From Candidatus Sulfobium sp. (lineage in GTDB: Bacteria; Nitrospirota; Thermodesulfovibrionia; Thermodesulfovibrionales; UBA6898), in the NCBI GenBank assembly GCA_037380845.1, contig JARRRI010000022.1, forward strand, positions 13,767 through 59,146: DNA of 45,380 nucleotides, read 5' to 3'. This document shows, in pieces, positions 30,158 to 39,866 of the stretch. The notes under the pieces were generated by a model. That model saw only the letters and a program-made list of their open reading frames with translations. It did not search any database and was not told the DNA's origin. Each line of letters opens with the position of its first letter. The first letter of the stretch is position 1. A program made the translations under genes and the position numbers.

Positions 30158-32053
30158 GTGAAGGGGAAAAAGACAATTCTTGGGGTAGTCATGTTTTTTG
30201 CAATCCTTACTGGTAGTGCCTGGGCCGGCATGGCGGTGCCGGTATCCCCCGGAGGAGGGACGGAGCTGACGGCTCAGAGCTGTCCGACCTTCAGCTGGTC
30301 GGCCTCGGAAGGAGCGCAGTCGTACAGGGTGGAGGTCTACGAGCAGGTGACGAGTGACATCATAGACCGGGACAGCATGAGAGGGATTGGCAATCCAGTG
30401 ATTGCAAGGGAGATATCTGCTCCTGCTCTTTCGTGGACACCCTCATCAGGGGAATGCCTCAGCCGGGGGATGAGATATGTATGGTATGTAGAGGGAGTGG
30501 ACGCAAAGAGAAAGGGGCAATGGTCGGAGGGCCAGGGTTTTCAGGTGGAAGCTGCAGCCCTGAGCGTTGAGCAGAAGGAGGCGGTACAGGAGGTTGTCAG
30601 GGATTACGTGACAGGCGACCTATTAGATGCGACAAGCAAGGCGGCTGGTTCAGACACGACTGGCGAGACCTCAGAGCAGGCGGGAACGGCCAGCGCCATC
30701 ACGCCGCAGTCGATAGAGGAAGGTACTTATAACACTGCCTTTGGCACTAATGCGGCACATGACATGATAGGGGCAGGAACCTTTTCTACCGGGACCCAGG
30801 GCCACGTCTTCATTGGCGCAGATGCAGGTTATTCCACCGTCGCCGGCACTGGTGGCACCATCGGCAACAGCTTCTTTGGTTATAGGGCGGGCTATCTGAA
30901 CACGACAGGTGGTTACAATAGCTTCATTGGACACGGCGCCGGCCGATACAACACCACGGGTTATAATAACAGCTTTCTTGGATATATGGCTGGCTACCGT
31001 AACACTGTAGGTTTTGACAATACCTTCATCGGTCATAGAGCCGGCTACTCAAATATCAATGGTAGCTTTAACAGTTTTGTTGGCTATCAGGCTGGCTACA
31101 GAAATGCTCAGAGTCCCGAAGGTTTTCCTAGTTCCTATAACAGCTTTGTTGGCTATCAGGCTGGCTATTCCAACATCTATGGGGATCACAATAGCTTTTT
31201 TGGTTACAGAGCTGGCTACTCTAACTCCACTACCGACTATAACAGCTTTTTTGGTCATGAAGCCGGCTATAATAACAGCGGCGAGCGCAACAGCTTCTTT
31301 GGTACCTTAGCCGGCCATGCCAACAACGATGGCGATAGCAATAGTTTCTTTGGCGCTTGGTCCGGCATGCAGAACACCACGGGTTCTGGCAATAGTTTTT
31401 TTGGCTATCTGGCCGGCTATGCCAATACGGAGGGGCATGGGAACGTTTTCCTTGGAGTTAAGGCAGGCTATCATGAAACGGGGTCGGACAAACTCTACAT
31501 AGATAACTGCTATACCGGGGGATCTTCTTGTACGCAGCCCTTTATAAAGGGTGATTTTGCTGCCCGCACACTCCAGATCGACGGCAGCCTCACCATCGTC
31601 ACCATGGATACACCTTCCGACATTCGCTACAAGAAAGATATACATCCCCTTAAGTCGTCTCTTGAGAAGGTACTTGAACTCAGAGGGGTGGCCTATGAGT
31701 GGGACAAAGATAAGGTCCATGGGGCCGGCTTCAAGGAAGGTAGGCAGATAGGGTTGATTGCGCAGGAAGTGGAGAAGGTGCTCCCGGAACTGGTGCATAC
31801 AGATAGCGATGGCTATAAGACGCTTTCCTACGACAAACTCGGCCCTGTGCTTATCGAGGCGGTGAAGGAGCAGCAAAAGGAGATTACATATGAGAAAAGG
31901 GAGATCGCGGAGAAAGACGCCCGGATCGAGAGACTTGAAAAGGCGCTTCAGAAACAAAAGAAATCCTTAGAAACACAACAGGCGATGATAACGGCAATGA
32001 TGGCACGACTGGCGGCCATGGAACATCCTGCAAAGACGTTAGCACTTAAATAA
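30158..32053 (+). CDS. secreted tail-fibre-like protein with Gly-rich repeats and a C-terminal S74 intramolecular chaperone
   Basis: Signal peptide; beta-rich N-terminal domain; 17-aa NSFFGYxAG repeats; SDIRYKKDI...LRGVAYEW...IGLIAQEVEKVLPELV...LIEAVKEQQ. Confidence 0.88.
   Translation: MKGKKTILGVVMFFAILTGSAWAGMAVPVSPGGGTELTAQSCPTFSWSASEGAQSYRVEVYEQVTSDIIDRDSMRGIGNPVIAREISAPALSWTPSSGECLSRGMRYVWYVEGVDAKRKGQWSEGQGFQVEAAALSVEQKEAVQEVVRDYVTGDLLDATSKAAGSDTTGETSEQAGTASAITPQSIEEGTYNTAFGTNAAHDMIGAGTFSTGTQGHVFIGADAGYSTVAGTGGTIGNSFFGYRAGYLNTTGGYNSFIGHGAGRYNTTGYNNSFLGYMAGYRNTVGFDNTFIGHRAGYSNINGSFNSFVGYQAGYRNAQSPEGFPSSYNSFVGYQAGYSNIYGDHNSFFGYRAGYSNSTTDYNSFFGHEAGYNNSGERNSFFGTLAGHANNDGDSNSFFGAWSGMQNTTGSGNSFFGYLAGYANTEGHGNVFLGVKAGYHETGSDKLYIDNCYTGGSSCTQPFIKGDFAARTLQIDGSLTIVTMDTPSDIRYKKDIHPLKSSLEKVLELRGVAYEWDKDKVHGAGFKEGRQIGLIAQEVEKVLPELVHTDSDGYKTLSYDKLGPVLIEAVKEQQKEITYEKREIAEKDARIERLEKALQKQKKSLETQQAMITAMMARLAAMEHPAKTLALK
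30866..31470 (+). repeat. about 12 degenerate 51-nt coding tandem repeats
   Basis: AACAGCTT(C/T)xTTGG...GCxGGCTA units recur about every 51 nt. Confidence 0.8.
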
Positions 32054-32070
32054 GGATCAACTTGTCAGAA

Positions 32071-32106
32071 GGGGCGACGAGACTAAGTGTCTTTCCGCCC
32101 CATTTT
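32071..32106 (+). terminator. possible intrinsic terminator
   Basis: GGGGCG...CGCCCC followed by ATTTT. Confidence 0.4.
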
Positions 32107-32785
32107 CGTGTCGGTTATTATCAAGACTCCTCAGTGTTGCAAGTAATCGAAACGCGTTTATTTGTCGGTGGACTTATGATCACCAGCACCGCAGAATCGT
32201 CGTCTTCAGCGTCACGGAACCATGTTTGGTACAGGATATAACCTGCGCGGTCGAGGAAAGGAACCTTCTTCTTATCGAATCATGGTCGAAACAAACGTCA
32301 CCGGAGCGGTCGGGCCGGCACGAGGAGACGGACTGGCACTGTAATGACCCAGCCGACATGATTGCGTCTTTCAGGACAAAGTCTTGCGGAGTTGCGTAGG
32401 TCCATAACTACGGAGTATCAGTCAAACATCGCATCTGTGATTTATTGGCGACAAAAAAGTCCATGGCGAGAAACCTGGCCTTCGGCGTCGAGCTGATTGT
32501 CAGCGAAAACGGGGCACCCGTGCCTGACGTTACTGATCCAGGTACACGAGGAGGCACAGGCCAGATAACGCTCTATCCGTGCGAGATTTATACAGCCGCG
32601 GGATATGTTAAAATGTGGTTGTTCCTGTGAATAACAAGGCTGAAGAGATGCGGATCAGATACCTTTACAGGGACCTGATCCCGGGAAGAAGATAAGGCTT
32701 CCCCTCGAAGGGGCCGTGAAGATCGTCGGTCCTGACTGCGCATATCACCTCTACGAGGGAAAAAGGACACGGAAAACAACAGATC

Positions 32786-33127
32786 ATGCCTGAAGAAAAA
32801 TCAAAATTAGTATACTCCACTGACAAGGCTATTCCCCGGAAGAAAAGGGCGACTGAAGATAGCGTCAAACCAGCGGCGGCCCCTTCCCGGCAGAAGGTGA
32901 TCGTCCGGCTCGACCGGAAAGGGAGGGGCGGGAAGTCGGTCACGGTGATTGAGGGCCTCTCGCTGCCGATAAAGGACGTGGAGACGCTGCTCAAGAGATT
33001 GAAAGCCGGCCTGGGTACCGGGGGCACGGTCAAGGACTCATCTCTTGAAATCCAGGGCGATCACTGTAGTGCGGCCATGACAGTACTGGCAAAGATGGGC
33101 TACAGGCCGAAACGCTCGGGAGGTTGA
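32786..33127 (+). CDS. yciH: SUI1/YciH translation initiation factor family protein
   Basis: LVYSTD, RKGRGGKSVTVI, GTGGTVKD and IQGDH. Confidence 0.9.
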   Translation: MPEEKSKLVYSTDKAIPRKKRATEDSVKPAAAPSRQKVIVRLDRKGRGGKSVTVIEGLSLPIKDVETLLKRLKAGLGTGGTVKDSSLEIQGDHCSAAMTVLAKMGYRPKRSGG

Positions 33128-33506
33128 ACTCACGCCTCGATCAGGCGCCTCTTTTTTGCCGTCAGTCATTCCTGTCGATTTTGCACAGAGATACGTTGGA
33201 GACCCGATGCAGTCAGGTAAATATTATCACGCTTAAACGGTGCCGTCATCCGGAAAATGATCTTTAGGCCAAACCACCAGCGCCTCTTGCGAAGTTGCTT
33301 TAAGGACCGAACAGAAGTCATCGCACCCTCACAAACTCGCCGCCTGTTGACGAGCTGCTTTTAAGGTGATATAAGGAATTAACGAAGCGATCACGCAACT
33401 CAGTTAAAGTTATATTTCTACGGACGCGAAACCGGCGCAGTTTTTGGCAATGGTGAGCCGGGATGTCAGTTCTCGCACGGATTTGTTTTTAACAGGGAGG
33501 ATTGTC

Positions 33507-34457
33507 ATGGCTGATAAGAAAATAATAGCAGTAGCGGGCGCCACAGGTGCCCAGGGCGGCGGCCTGGTCCGCGCGATAACGGCCGACCAGGGCGGTCCTT
33601 TTACGGTGCGGGCCCTCACCCGCAATCCCGATTCAGACAAGGCCAAGGCGCTCGCCGCCCTGGAGGTCGAGATCGTGCAGGCGGACGAGGATGACCCGGC
33701 CAGTCTGCTGAGAGCATTTCAGGGCGTGTATGGTGCCTACTGTGTCACCTTCTTCTGGGAGCACATGGACCCGGAGAGGGAACTCGCTGAAGCACGCAAC
33801 CTTGCGCAGGCGGCGAAGGAGGCAAAAGTCGCCCACGTTATCTGGTCCACACTCGAGGATACGCGCAAACTGGTGCCCCTCGGCGATAACCGCATGCCCA
33901 CACTCAAGGGCAAGTACAAGGTCCCGCACTTCGACGCAAAGGGTGAGGCAGACGGGGTCTTCACTGAGCTTGGCGTACCTGCGACTTTTCTCCGCGCGTC
34001 TTTTTACTGGGACAACTTCATTAACTCAGGCATGGGACCGAAGAGGGGACCGGACGGTAGTCTGGCCATTACCCTCCCGATGGGTAGCGCACGGCTTGCG
34101 GGCATAGCGGCCGACGACATCGGCAAGTGCGCATACGGCATCTTCAGGAAGGGGAAGGATCTGATTGGAAAGACCATCGGGATCGCCGGTGAGCACCTCA
34201 CCTGCACTCAGATGGCTGAGGCGTTCAGCAAGGCACTCGGCCAGCCCGTGCGTTACAATGAGATCACGCAGGAAGAATATCGTAATTTAGGCTTCCCAGG
34301 TGCAGACGATCTGGGCAACATGTTTCAGATCTATCGTGATTTCGAAAAGGAAATTTGCGGCGCGCGCAATCCGGATGTGACACGTTCGCTAAATCCGGAG
34401 TTGAAAACGTTTGACCGGTGGCTTGCCGAAAACAAAGACAGGATCTCTATAGAGTAG
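33507..34457 (+). CDS. NmrA/HSCARG family NAD(P)-binding protein
   Basis: VAGATGAQGGG, VRALTRNP and VPHFDAK; GGGAGG RBS. Confidence 0.92.
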   Translation: MADKKIIAVAGATGAQGGGLVRAITADQGGPFTVRALTRNPDSDKAKALAALEVEIVQADEDDPASLLRAFQGVYGAYCVTFFWEHMDPERELAEARNLAQAAKEAKVAHVIWSTLEDTRKLVPLGDNRMPTLKGKYKVPHFDAKGEADGVFTELGVPATFLRASFYWDNFINSGMGPKRGPDGSLAITLPMGSARLAGIAADDIGKCAYGIFRKGKDLIGKTIGIAGEHLTCTQMAEAFSKALGQPVRYNEITQEEYRNLGFPGADDLGNMFQIYRDFEKEICGARNPDVTRSLNPELKTFDRWLAENKDRISIE

Positions 34458-34755
34458 CCTGGGGCGCCCGCGATGAGATAAAGCGCCTTCAACCATTTGG
34501 CACTGGGGAGACGGTTCAGGGGCAGGCCCTGTTCCTTGCGCACAGAGTGTGTTTTGATCGGACGTCTCTGCCGGCCGGATCTTCTTCACCGGGAGCACCG
34601 ATCAATCTCATGTCCGTATAATTACCGCCTTATCATGATTTCCCCCGCTGCGATGGATTGAGACAGGACAAAGTTGATAAACTAACTCGATAGCGAGTTA
34701 AAGAGGCCGGCTTGAGCCCGGGATACTTCTGAGAATACTTAAAAGGCCCGCAGCA

Positions 34756-35706
34756 GTGAGCAAAAACAGCGACAGCGGTCAGACTCCTCGATTTATGAAA
34801 AACACCTCGAATTACATTAAGCTTCTTGCCGGGATTACAGCAATAAGCTTCTCGCCCCTGGCCGTAAAGCTTGTGACCTTCACCTCCACCGTCAGCGCTT
34901 TTTACCGCGCCTTTTACGCCGCTTTATTTTTTCTGATAATCTCGCTTTTCAGATACAGAAGGGAAAAAGGTCCGGGGCATTACAGGTGGCTTCCGCCTTC
35001 TCTGGCGGCAGGAGTGTTTCTGGGTATCGACCTGACGGTCTGGCATAAGACCATCATATTCCTGGGAGCTGGACCTGCAACTTTCCTCGGAAATTCCCAG
35101 GTCATCTTTGTCACCCTCTTTGCCGCCTTCATATTCAGGGAGAAGATGCCGGCAGTCTATTACATGGCGGTAGCCATGGTGCTGACGGGACTCTATCTCC
35201 TGACACCCGCCGCACCACTGTCGGCAGGCCGGATGAAAGGATATGTAATGGGCCTTACTGTGGGCTTCACATACGCCGGCATGCTCATCAGCCTGAGATA
35301 TGCCAAGACGCTTTCAGCGGGGGAGTACCCTGAACTGCTCTCGCTGGGCGCAATATTCTCTGCGGCGGCCTCGGTGATTGCTCTCTATGCAGCTGCCGTC
35401 GAACATTCCGCACTCCTGCTATGGGACGGCAGAAGTCACGCGATCATGATGGCGACCGCGTTTATGTGCCAGACCCTCGGCTGGTATCTCATCACAAAAA
35501 GCATTACGGAAATCCCGGCCCACGAGGGAAGCCTGCTGTTGTTGCTTCAGCCTCTCCTTGCTACGTTATGGGGATGTATATTCTTTCTCGAACCGCTCGG
35601 TCTGCTGCAGGTCCTGGGCATCGTCCTTACACTCGCCGGCATAACGGCCTATCAGTTGAGATATGCCGCAAAGACATCCGGCCCGAGGCTCGGATTCGAG
35701 GAGTGA
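34756..35706 (+). CDS. DMT/EamA family transporter
   Basis: About 10 TM in two EamA repeats; start uncertain. Confidence 0.88.
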   Translation: MSKNSDSGQTPRFMKNTSNYIKLLAGITAISFSPLAVKLVTFTSTVSAFYRAFYAALFFLIISLFRYRREKGPGHYRWLPPSLAAGVFLGIDLTVWHKTIIFLGAGPATFLGNSQVIFVTLFAAFIFREKMPAVYYMAVAMVLTGLYLLTPAAPLSAGRMKGYVMGLTVGFTYAGMLISLRYAKTLSAGEYPELLSLGAIFSAAASVIALYAAAVEHSALLLWDGRSHAIMMATAFMCQTLGWYLITKSITEIPAHEGSLLLLLQPLLATLWGCIFFLEPLGLLQVLGIVLTLAGITAYQLRYAAKTSGPRLGFEE

Positions 35707-35883
35707 CTGCTGAACTTTCCGGAAAAAAGACAACTATCAGGGATGCCGGTTCTCAGCGTGCTTTGCTCGGGGCATTGTTGTACGGGCTCAAGGAAGAAGA
35801 TGATCCTTCTTCTTTTTACGTCGGACAAGGTGAGTCCTGTCTTTGCGGCTTATTTGAGATTCGTATCCGTCCGGTATAATGTT

Positions 35884-36198
35884 CTATCCCTTCAGTTCGA
35901 CAATTATTACATCAGTATCGGTATCTCCAATGTTTTCTCCAACGTGTTGATGCGCTTTCATCCAGACAACACTCCCGGCTTTGACGTCAACCTCGTGCTT
36001 TCTACCATCAGGAAATGTCAACCGTCGTCTGAACGAGGACTCCGCATACAACACGTAGTCAGGGTGATAGTGTTGTAAAGTTATGTCTCCTGGCTTATCG
36101 TGATACCTGAGCACCCTGACACGCTCGTTTTCCAGGACAACCGAATACTTGTCCCCATCGGTTAAAACAGGGTCCTGTGTATTAGACTCAAGTGCCAT
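35884..36198 (-). CDS. small cupin-like protein
   Basis: LENERVRVL...HYHPDYV...HVGENIG...ELK; AGGAGG RBS. Confidence 0.85.
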   Translation of the reverse strand: MALESNTQDPVLTDGDKYSVVLENERVRVLRYHDKPGDITLQHYHPDYVLYAESSFRRRLTFPDGRKHEVDVKAGSVVWMKAHQHVGENIGDTDTDVIIVELKG

Positions 36199-36310
36199 TT
36201 ATCTCCTCCTTGTTTGTGCTGGAGCTTGCTCACCGTATTTCTCACCCTGCTCCCTAACCCAGTTTCTTGGTTCCGGGCTCACCCTTCCGCGGAATGGCGT
36301 CCTTTAACCA

Positions 36311-36339
36311 ACCATAGCCCTCCTCGTTGGAGGTGTCAA
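36311..36339 (-). promoter_or_regulatory. sigma70-type promoter
   Basis: TTGACA-17 nt-TATGGT upstream of the cupin gene. Confidence 0.55.
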
Positions 36340-36450
36340 CATGTTTTTCATGAAGAGGATGTTTGACTTAAATTCCACTTGTAATCCGCGCAATCGTATC
36401 ACGAGATAGTTGTGAGGGGTTCAGGAAGTACCCTTATCTCCAGACCTGCA

Positions 36451-36530
36451 CATTAACAAAACTGCATCCGCCGGGGTTCGAGGCCGTAAACCTGCTGTCA
36501 GAGGAGGTTCGGCTGGAATGCCGGTTATGA
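36451..36530 (-). other. degenerate attC-like site overlapping the TMEM175 stop codon
   Basis: CATAAC-CGGCATTCCAGCCG...CGGCGGATGC...GTTAATG imperfect palindrome. Confidence 0.4.
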
Positions 36531-37109
36531 TTCCTGGTCACCAAGGACGCGTTCTATCCGTCGGTCAGGTACCAGCCACATGAATGCGACAAATACATAG
36601 ATTACACCTGCGATCCACGGTTCAAGAGGAGCTATTAAGATTGCTGCGGCGTAAAGAAGAGGGGACAGCTTTCCCTTAATGTCGCGACCCACCGCCCTTG
36701 CGAGTAACGAGTCAACTCCCTGGCTTGAGATAATAGTACGCTGCAGTATCCAGTATGCAATAGCAGCCATTAACAAAACAATGCCATAAAGTGAGACCGG
36801 CGCAGAGGCAAAATTATTTTCTCCCATCCAACCCGTGACAAACGGGAAAAGGGATAACCAGAAGAGCAGGTGCAGGTTTGCCCATAAAATGCCCCCTGTC
36901 ACACGTTGCGTGGCATGCAGCATGTGGTGGTGGTTGTTCCAGTAGATGCCCAAATACACAAAACTCAATACGTAACTCAATAGCACCGGCATCAGCGAAC
37001 CTAAGGCCCTGAAGTCTGCGCTATGCGGCACCTTCATCTCCAATACCATGATGGTGATGATTATGGCCAGAAAGCCATCGCTAAATGATTCTAATCTGTT
37101 CTTCCTCAT
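36525..37109 (-). CDS. TMEM175 (DUF1211) potassium channel
   Basis: RLESFSDGFLAIIITIMVLE and IYWNNHH. Confidence 0.93.
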   Translation of the reverse strand: MRKNRLESFSDGFLAIIITIMVLEMKVPHSADFRALGSLMPVLLSYVLSFVYLGIYWNNHHHMLHATQRVTGGILWANLHLLFWLSLFPFVTGWMGENNFASAPVSLYGIVLLMAAIAYWILQRTIISSQGVDSLLARAVGRDIKGKLSPLLYAAAILIAPLEPWIAGVIYVFVAFMWLVPDRRIERVLGDQES

Positions 37110-37858
37110 GACCCATCCCGCAAGACATCTACAAATAGCAGTTCGGCATCGCCACCACTGAAGATATGTATATCCATCGGTCCCACGACCTAGGCTGCTC
37201 CTAAGACTTCGGTATGGTTGCCGTTTACCTCCACCGGGTTTCCTTCGAGTACGTATATATAAGCTCCCCGACCTTCTTTCAATGAATGCCCGATACTATG
37301 GGCTCTTTGGAGAAAGCAGGAATACACCGCGGCATCGGAATGAATGGGAAGCGTATCCCGATACTCGTTGGAAACGAGGGGAAGAAGCCTGTTAGTCCTG
37401 TCATTTTTCTCGACTGCTTTTTGTTCGACTGAAGGAGCAAGCTCCTTCTTTGAGGGCGTGAACCACATCTGGATGAACCGCATAGGCATGTCGGTCCCGT
37501 TGTTGATCTCCGAATGCCACATGCCACTGCCCACCGTTGTATGCTGCACCCAACCCTTCTTCAAGACGCTTCCTTTGCCTCGCTGGTCGGCATGGCGAAA
37601 TTCGCCCTCTGCGCAATAGGTCACGACCTCAATATCATGGTGGGGATGAAGCGGCCAGACTGCGCCGGGCGAAAGTGTATCATCATTAAAGACCCGCAGC
37701 ATCCCGAATTGCACGTGTTGGGGATCATAATTGTCACCAAAGGAAAAATGCCAGCGGCCGTGAAAGGTGCCATTCACTATTTCTCCCCGGATCTGATAAA
37801 TACTTTCAGGTTTGCGAATAATTATCGCGGGCTTCGAGGAGGTGTTACCATTTAACAT
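37106..37858 (-). pseudogene. pirin/YhhW family gene with in-frame TAG at 37190-37192
   Basis: HFSF, LRVFNDD, HPHHDIEVVTY and HSE; after the TAG the frame continues VVGPMDIHIFSGGDAELLFVDVLRDGS to a TGA that overlaps the TMEM175 ATG. Confidence 0.8.
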
Positions 37859-38284
37859 GTGCATGCTCCTTTATTCCTGACACAGATGAGTATCAGGTTA
37901 GCTCATACCTCCACTATAGCTCCCTCAAAGAAGCTGTCAACTCTGGTCACCGTTCTCTGCCATTTGGCGGCAATCATGTCGCTGACAGTAACAGTCAAGG
38001 GGTTCTTGACAATGTTCTGCCGTGTGATAGAATTTATTGGGGTAAATTTTAATGAAAATCAATGGGAAGGATAGGGCCAATGTCGTAACGGTCTTGGTGA
38101 CTTAGCCGGCAACGATATAAAGCTCAAATGGCCAGAAAACCTGCCGAGGCACAGGACAGCTGTGGTCTCCAGCCTTGGCTGGCCTTTAAGCACTGTTATA
38201 GCCGGCGCCGCAGTTGTCTCGAACTTCGTCGCCGGAGATTGGTCGCCGGAGAAAAGTACAGCAGTTTCATGGGGGCAGACGATC

Positions 38285-38398
38285 ATGGAAAAGACTTTCA
38301 CGATACTCGGTTTTGCCGGGAGCCTGCGCAAAGGCTCTTACAATAAGGCCCTGTTGGAGAGTCTCGTGGACTGGGCCAAAAGATTGTCACGCCCGTGA
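38285..38398 (+). pseudogene. NADPH-dependent FMN reductase remnant with a large internal in-frame deletion
   Basis: N-terminus ILGFAGSLRKGSYNKALL joined directly to C-terminal LESLVDWAKRL. Confidence 0.7.
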
Positions 38399-38429
38399 AG
38401 TCTTGAGCGTGTCCTGATTTCTTTCCTCT

Positions 38430-39753
38430 TCAGTCCATTTCCTGGAGGTTGCCGAAGGTGGCCACAATCACCTCCGGGAGCGCAGGATGTATATGCATGG
38501 CCTTGCCTATCGACCATATGTCCATATCGTTCGCCATGGCGTTGATGACCTCCTGGATAAGCATGGAGGCGTAGGGTCCTATGATATGAAACCCGAGGAT
38601 CTTACCGTCCCTGTTTACTATAGCCTTCGCGAAACTCTCTTCTTCCATCATCGCCTCGCCCCGGGCGACCTCGGAATATTTTGCCTTGCCCACGAGCAGT
38701 TCTTTCGTATCGAACTGTTGCCGCGCCTGTTCTTCAGTCAGACCCACCGATGCAATCTCCGGCCAGGAAAAAACGGCATGGGGGGCGGAGCGGTAGTCCA
38801 TGGCATTCCTCTTGTCATGCCCCACGTTGTCCCACAGGAGCGACGCCTCCCGGTTGGCTACATGCCGGAACATCTTCTTTCCGATGGCATCTCCGAAGGC
38901 CCAGACGTTCTTTTTGCTGGTCTCGAAATATTCATTCACCTTTATATAGCCGCGGTCGTCCGTTTTTATCCCGCTTTTTTCCACCTTGAGCAGGTCGGCG
39001 TTCGAAGTCCTGCCGGCGGCGATCATGATCTTTTCCGCCTGGAACCGGGCCGTTTTGCCCGATGACAGGTCCCTGGCCACAATGGTGTACCCTGGAGACT
39101 CTCTTTTCACTTCCACAGCCTCCGTCTCAGTGTGGACTTCCATCCATCTCCCCATCTCTTTTCCCAGGAGAGCCGATATCTCCGGCTCTTCGTCCGGCAC
39201 CAGCCGGCTATTGGCCTGGATGAGAGTCACCTTTGTCCCCATGGCCGAGAAGAAATGAGCATATTCGGCCCCTATGTAACTCGTTGGTGAGGCAGTCCTC
39301 CTTGTCGATTCCCTTGACGTCGGGGATGCGGGCGCGCGCGCCGGAGGCGAGGAAGATCTTCCCGCCCCTGATCTGTTCACCGTTTACCTCAAGGACGGAG
39401 TCCTTCACGAAGTATCCCGTGCCCTCATAGAAGTCCAGGGTCTCCGAAAACCTGATACCCTCGCGTATATGGTTTTCGCCTTCAGACACCGTGCTTCTCA
39501 TCCTCTCCATGATCCTGCCGAAATCTACTCCCTTGATCGCCGCGGAAACGCCCAGTTTTCCGGAATCCCTTATCTCGGAAACCCTGTCGCCGGGGTAAAT
39601 GAGCATCTTCGAGGGTATGCAGCCCAGGTTAAGACAGGTCCCTCCCAGCGGGCCCTTATCCACCAGGGCAACGGAGAGATCATGGGCCAGCGCTTTCTCC
39701 ACGATCAGCAGCCCTGCGCCCGATCCTACGACGATCACATCATACTCTTTCAT
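38430..39753 (-). pseudogene. dihydrolipoamide dehydrogenase-like flavoprotein disulfide reductase, broken near 39279
   Basis: GSGAG and GGTCLNLGCIPSK in one frame; YIGAEYAHFF...HIHPALPE in another; the segment leading into the NAD-binding GxG motif is missing. Confidence 0.85.
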
Positions 39754-39831
39754 AAGAACATCCTCCGCAAGGAAAAGTTGCTCCTTTTTTCATTATGTCA
39801 GGAAAAGGGCCAAAAGATAAGAACATGCGGG

Positions 39832-39860
39832 TTGAAAGCGCCCCTTTTTTCGTCTAATAT
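39832..39860 (+). promoter_or_regulatory. sigma70-type promoter, leaderless start at 39867
   Basis: TTGAAA-17 nt-TAATAT-6 nt-ATG. Confidence 0.55.
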
Positions 39861-39866
39861 ACGGCC

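Noticed and set aside
30866..31470. Regularly spaced repeats as a CRISPR array
   Set aside because: Degenerate in-frame coding repeats; no cas genes
32635..32700. GGCTGA...ATACC...ACCTGATC resembling a TPP riboswitch
   Set aside because: The downstream TAATGC...CGTAGG element is missing and no thiamine gene follows
39208..39380. Programmed frameshift in the disulfide reductase
   Set aside because: No slippery site, and conserved residues are physically missing, so it is a deletion
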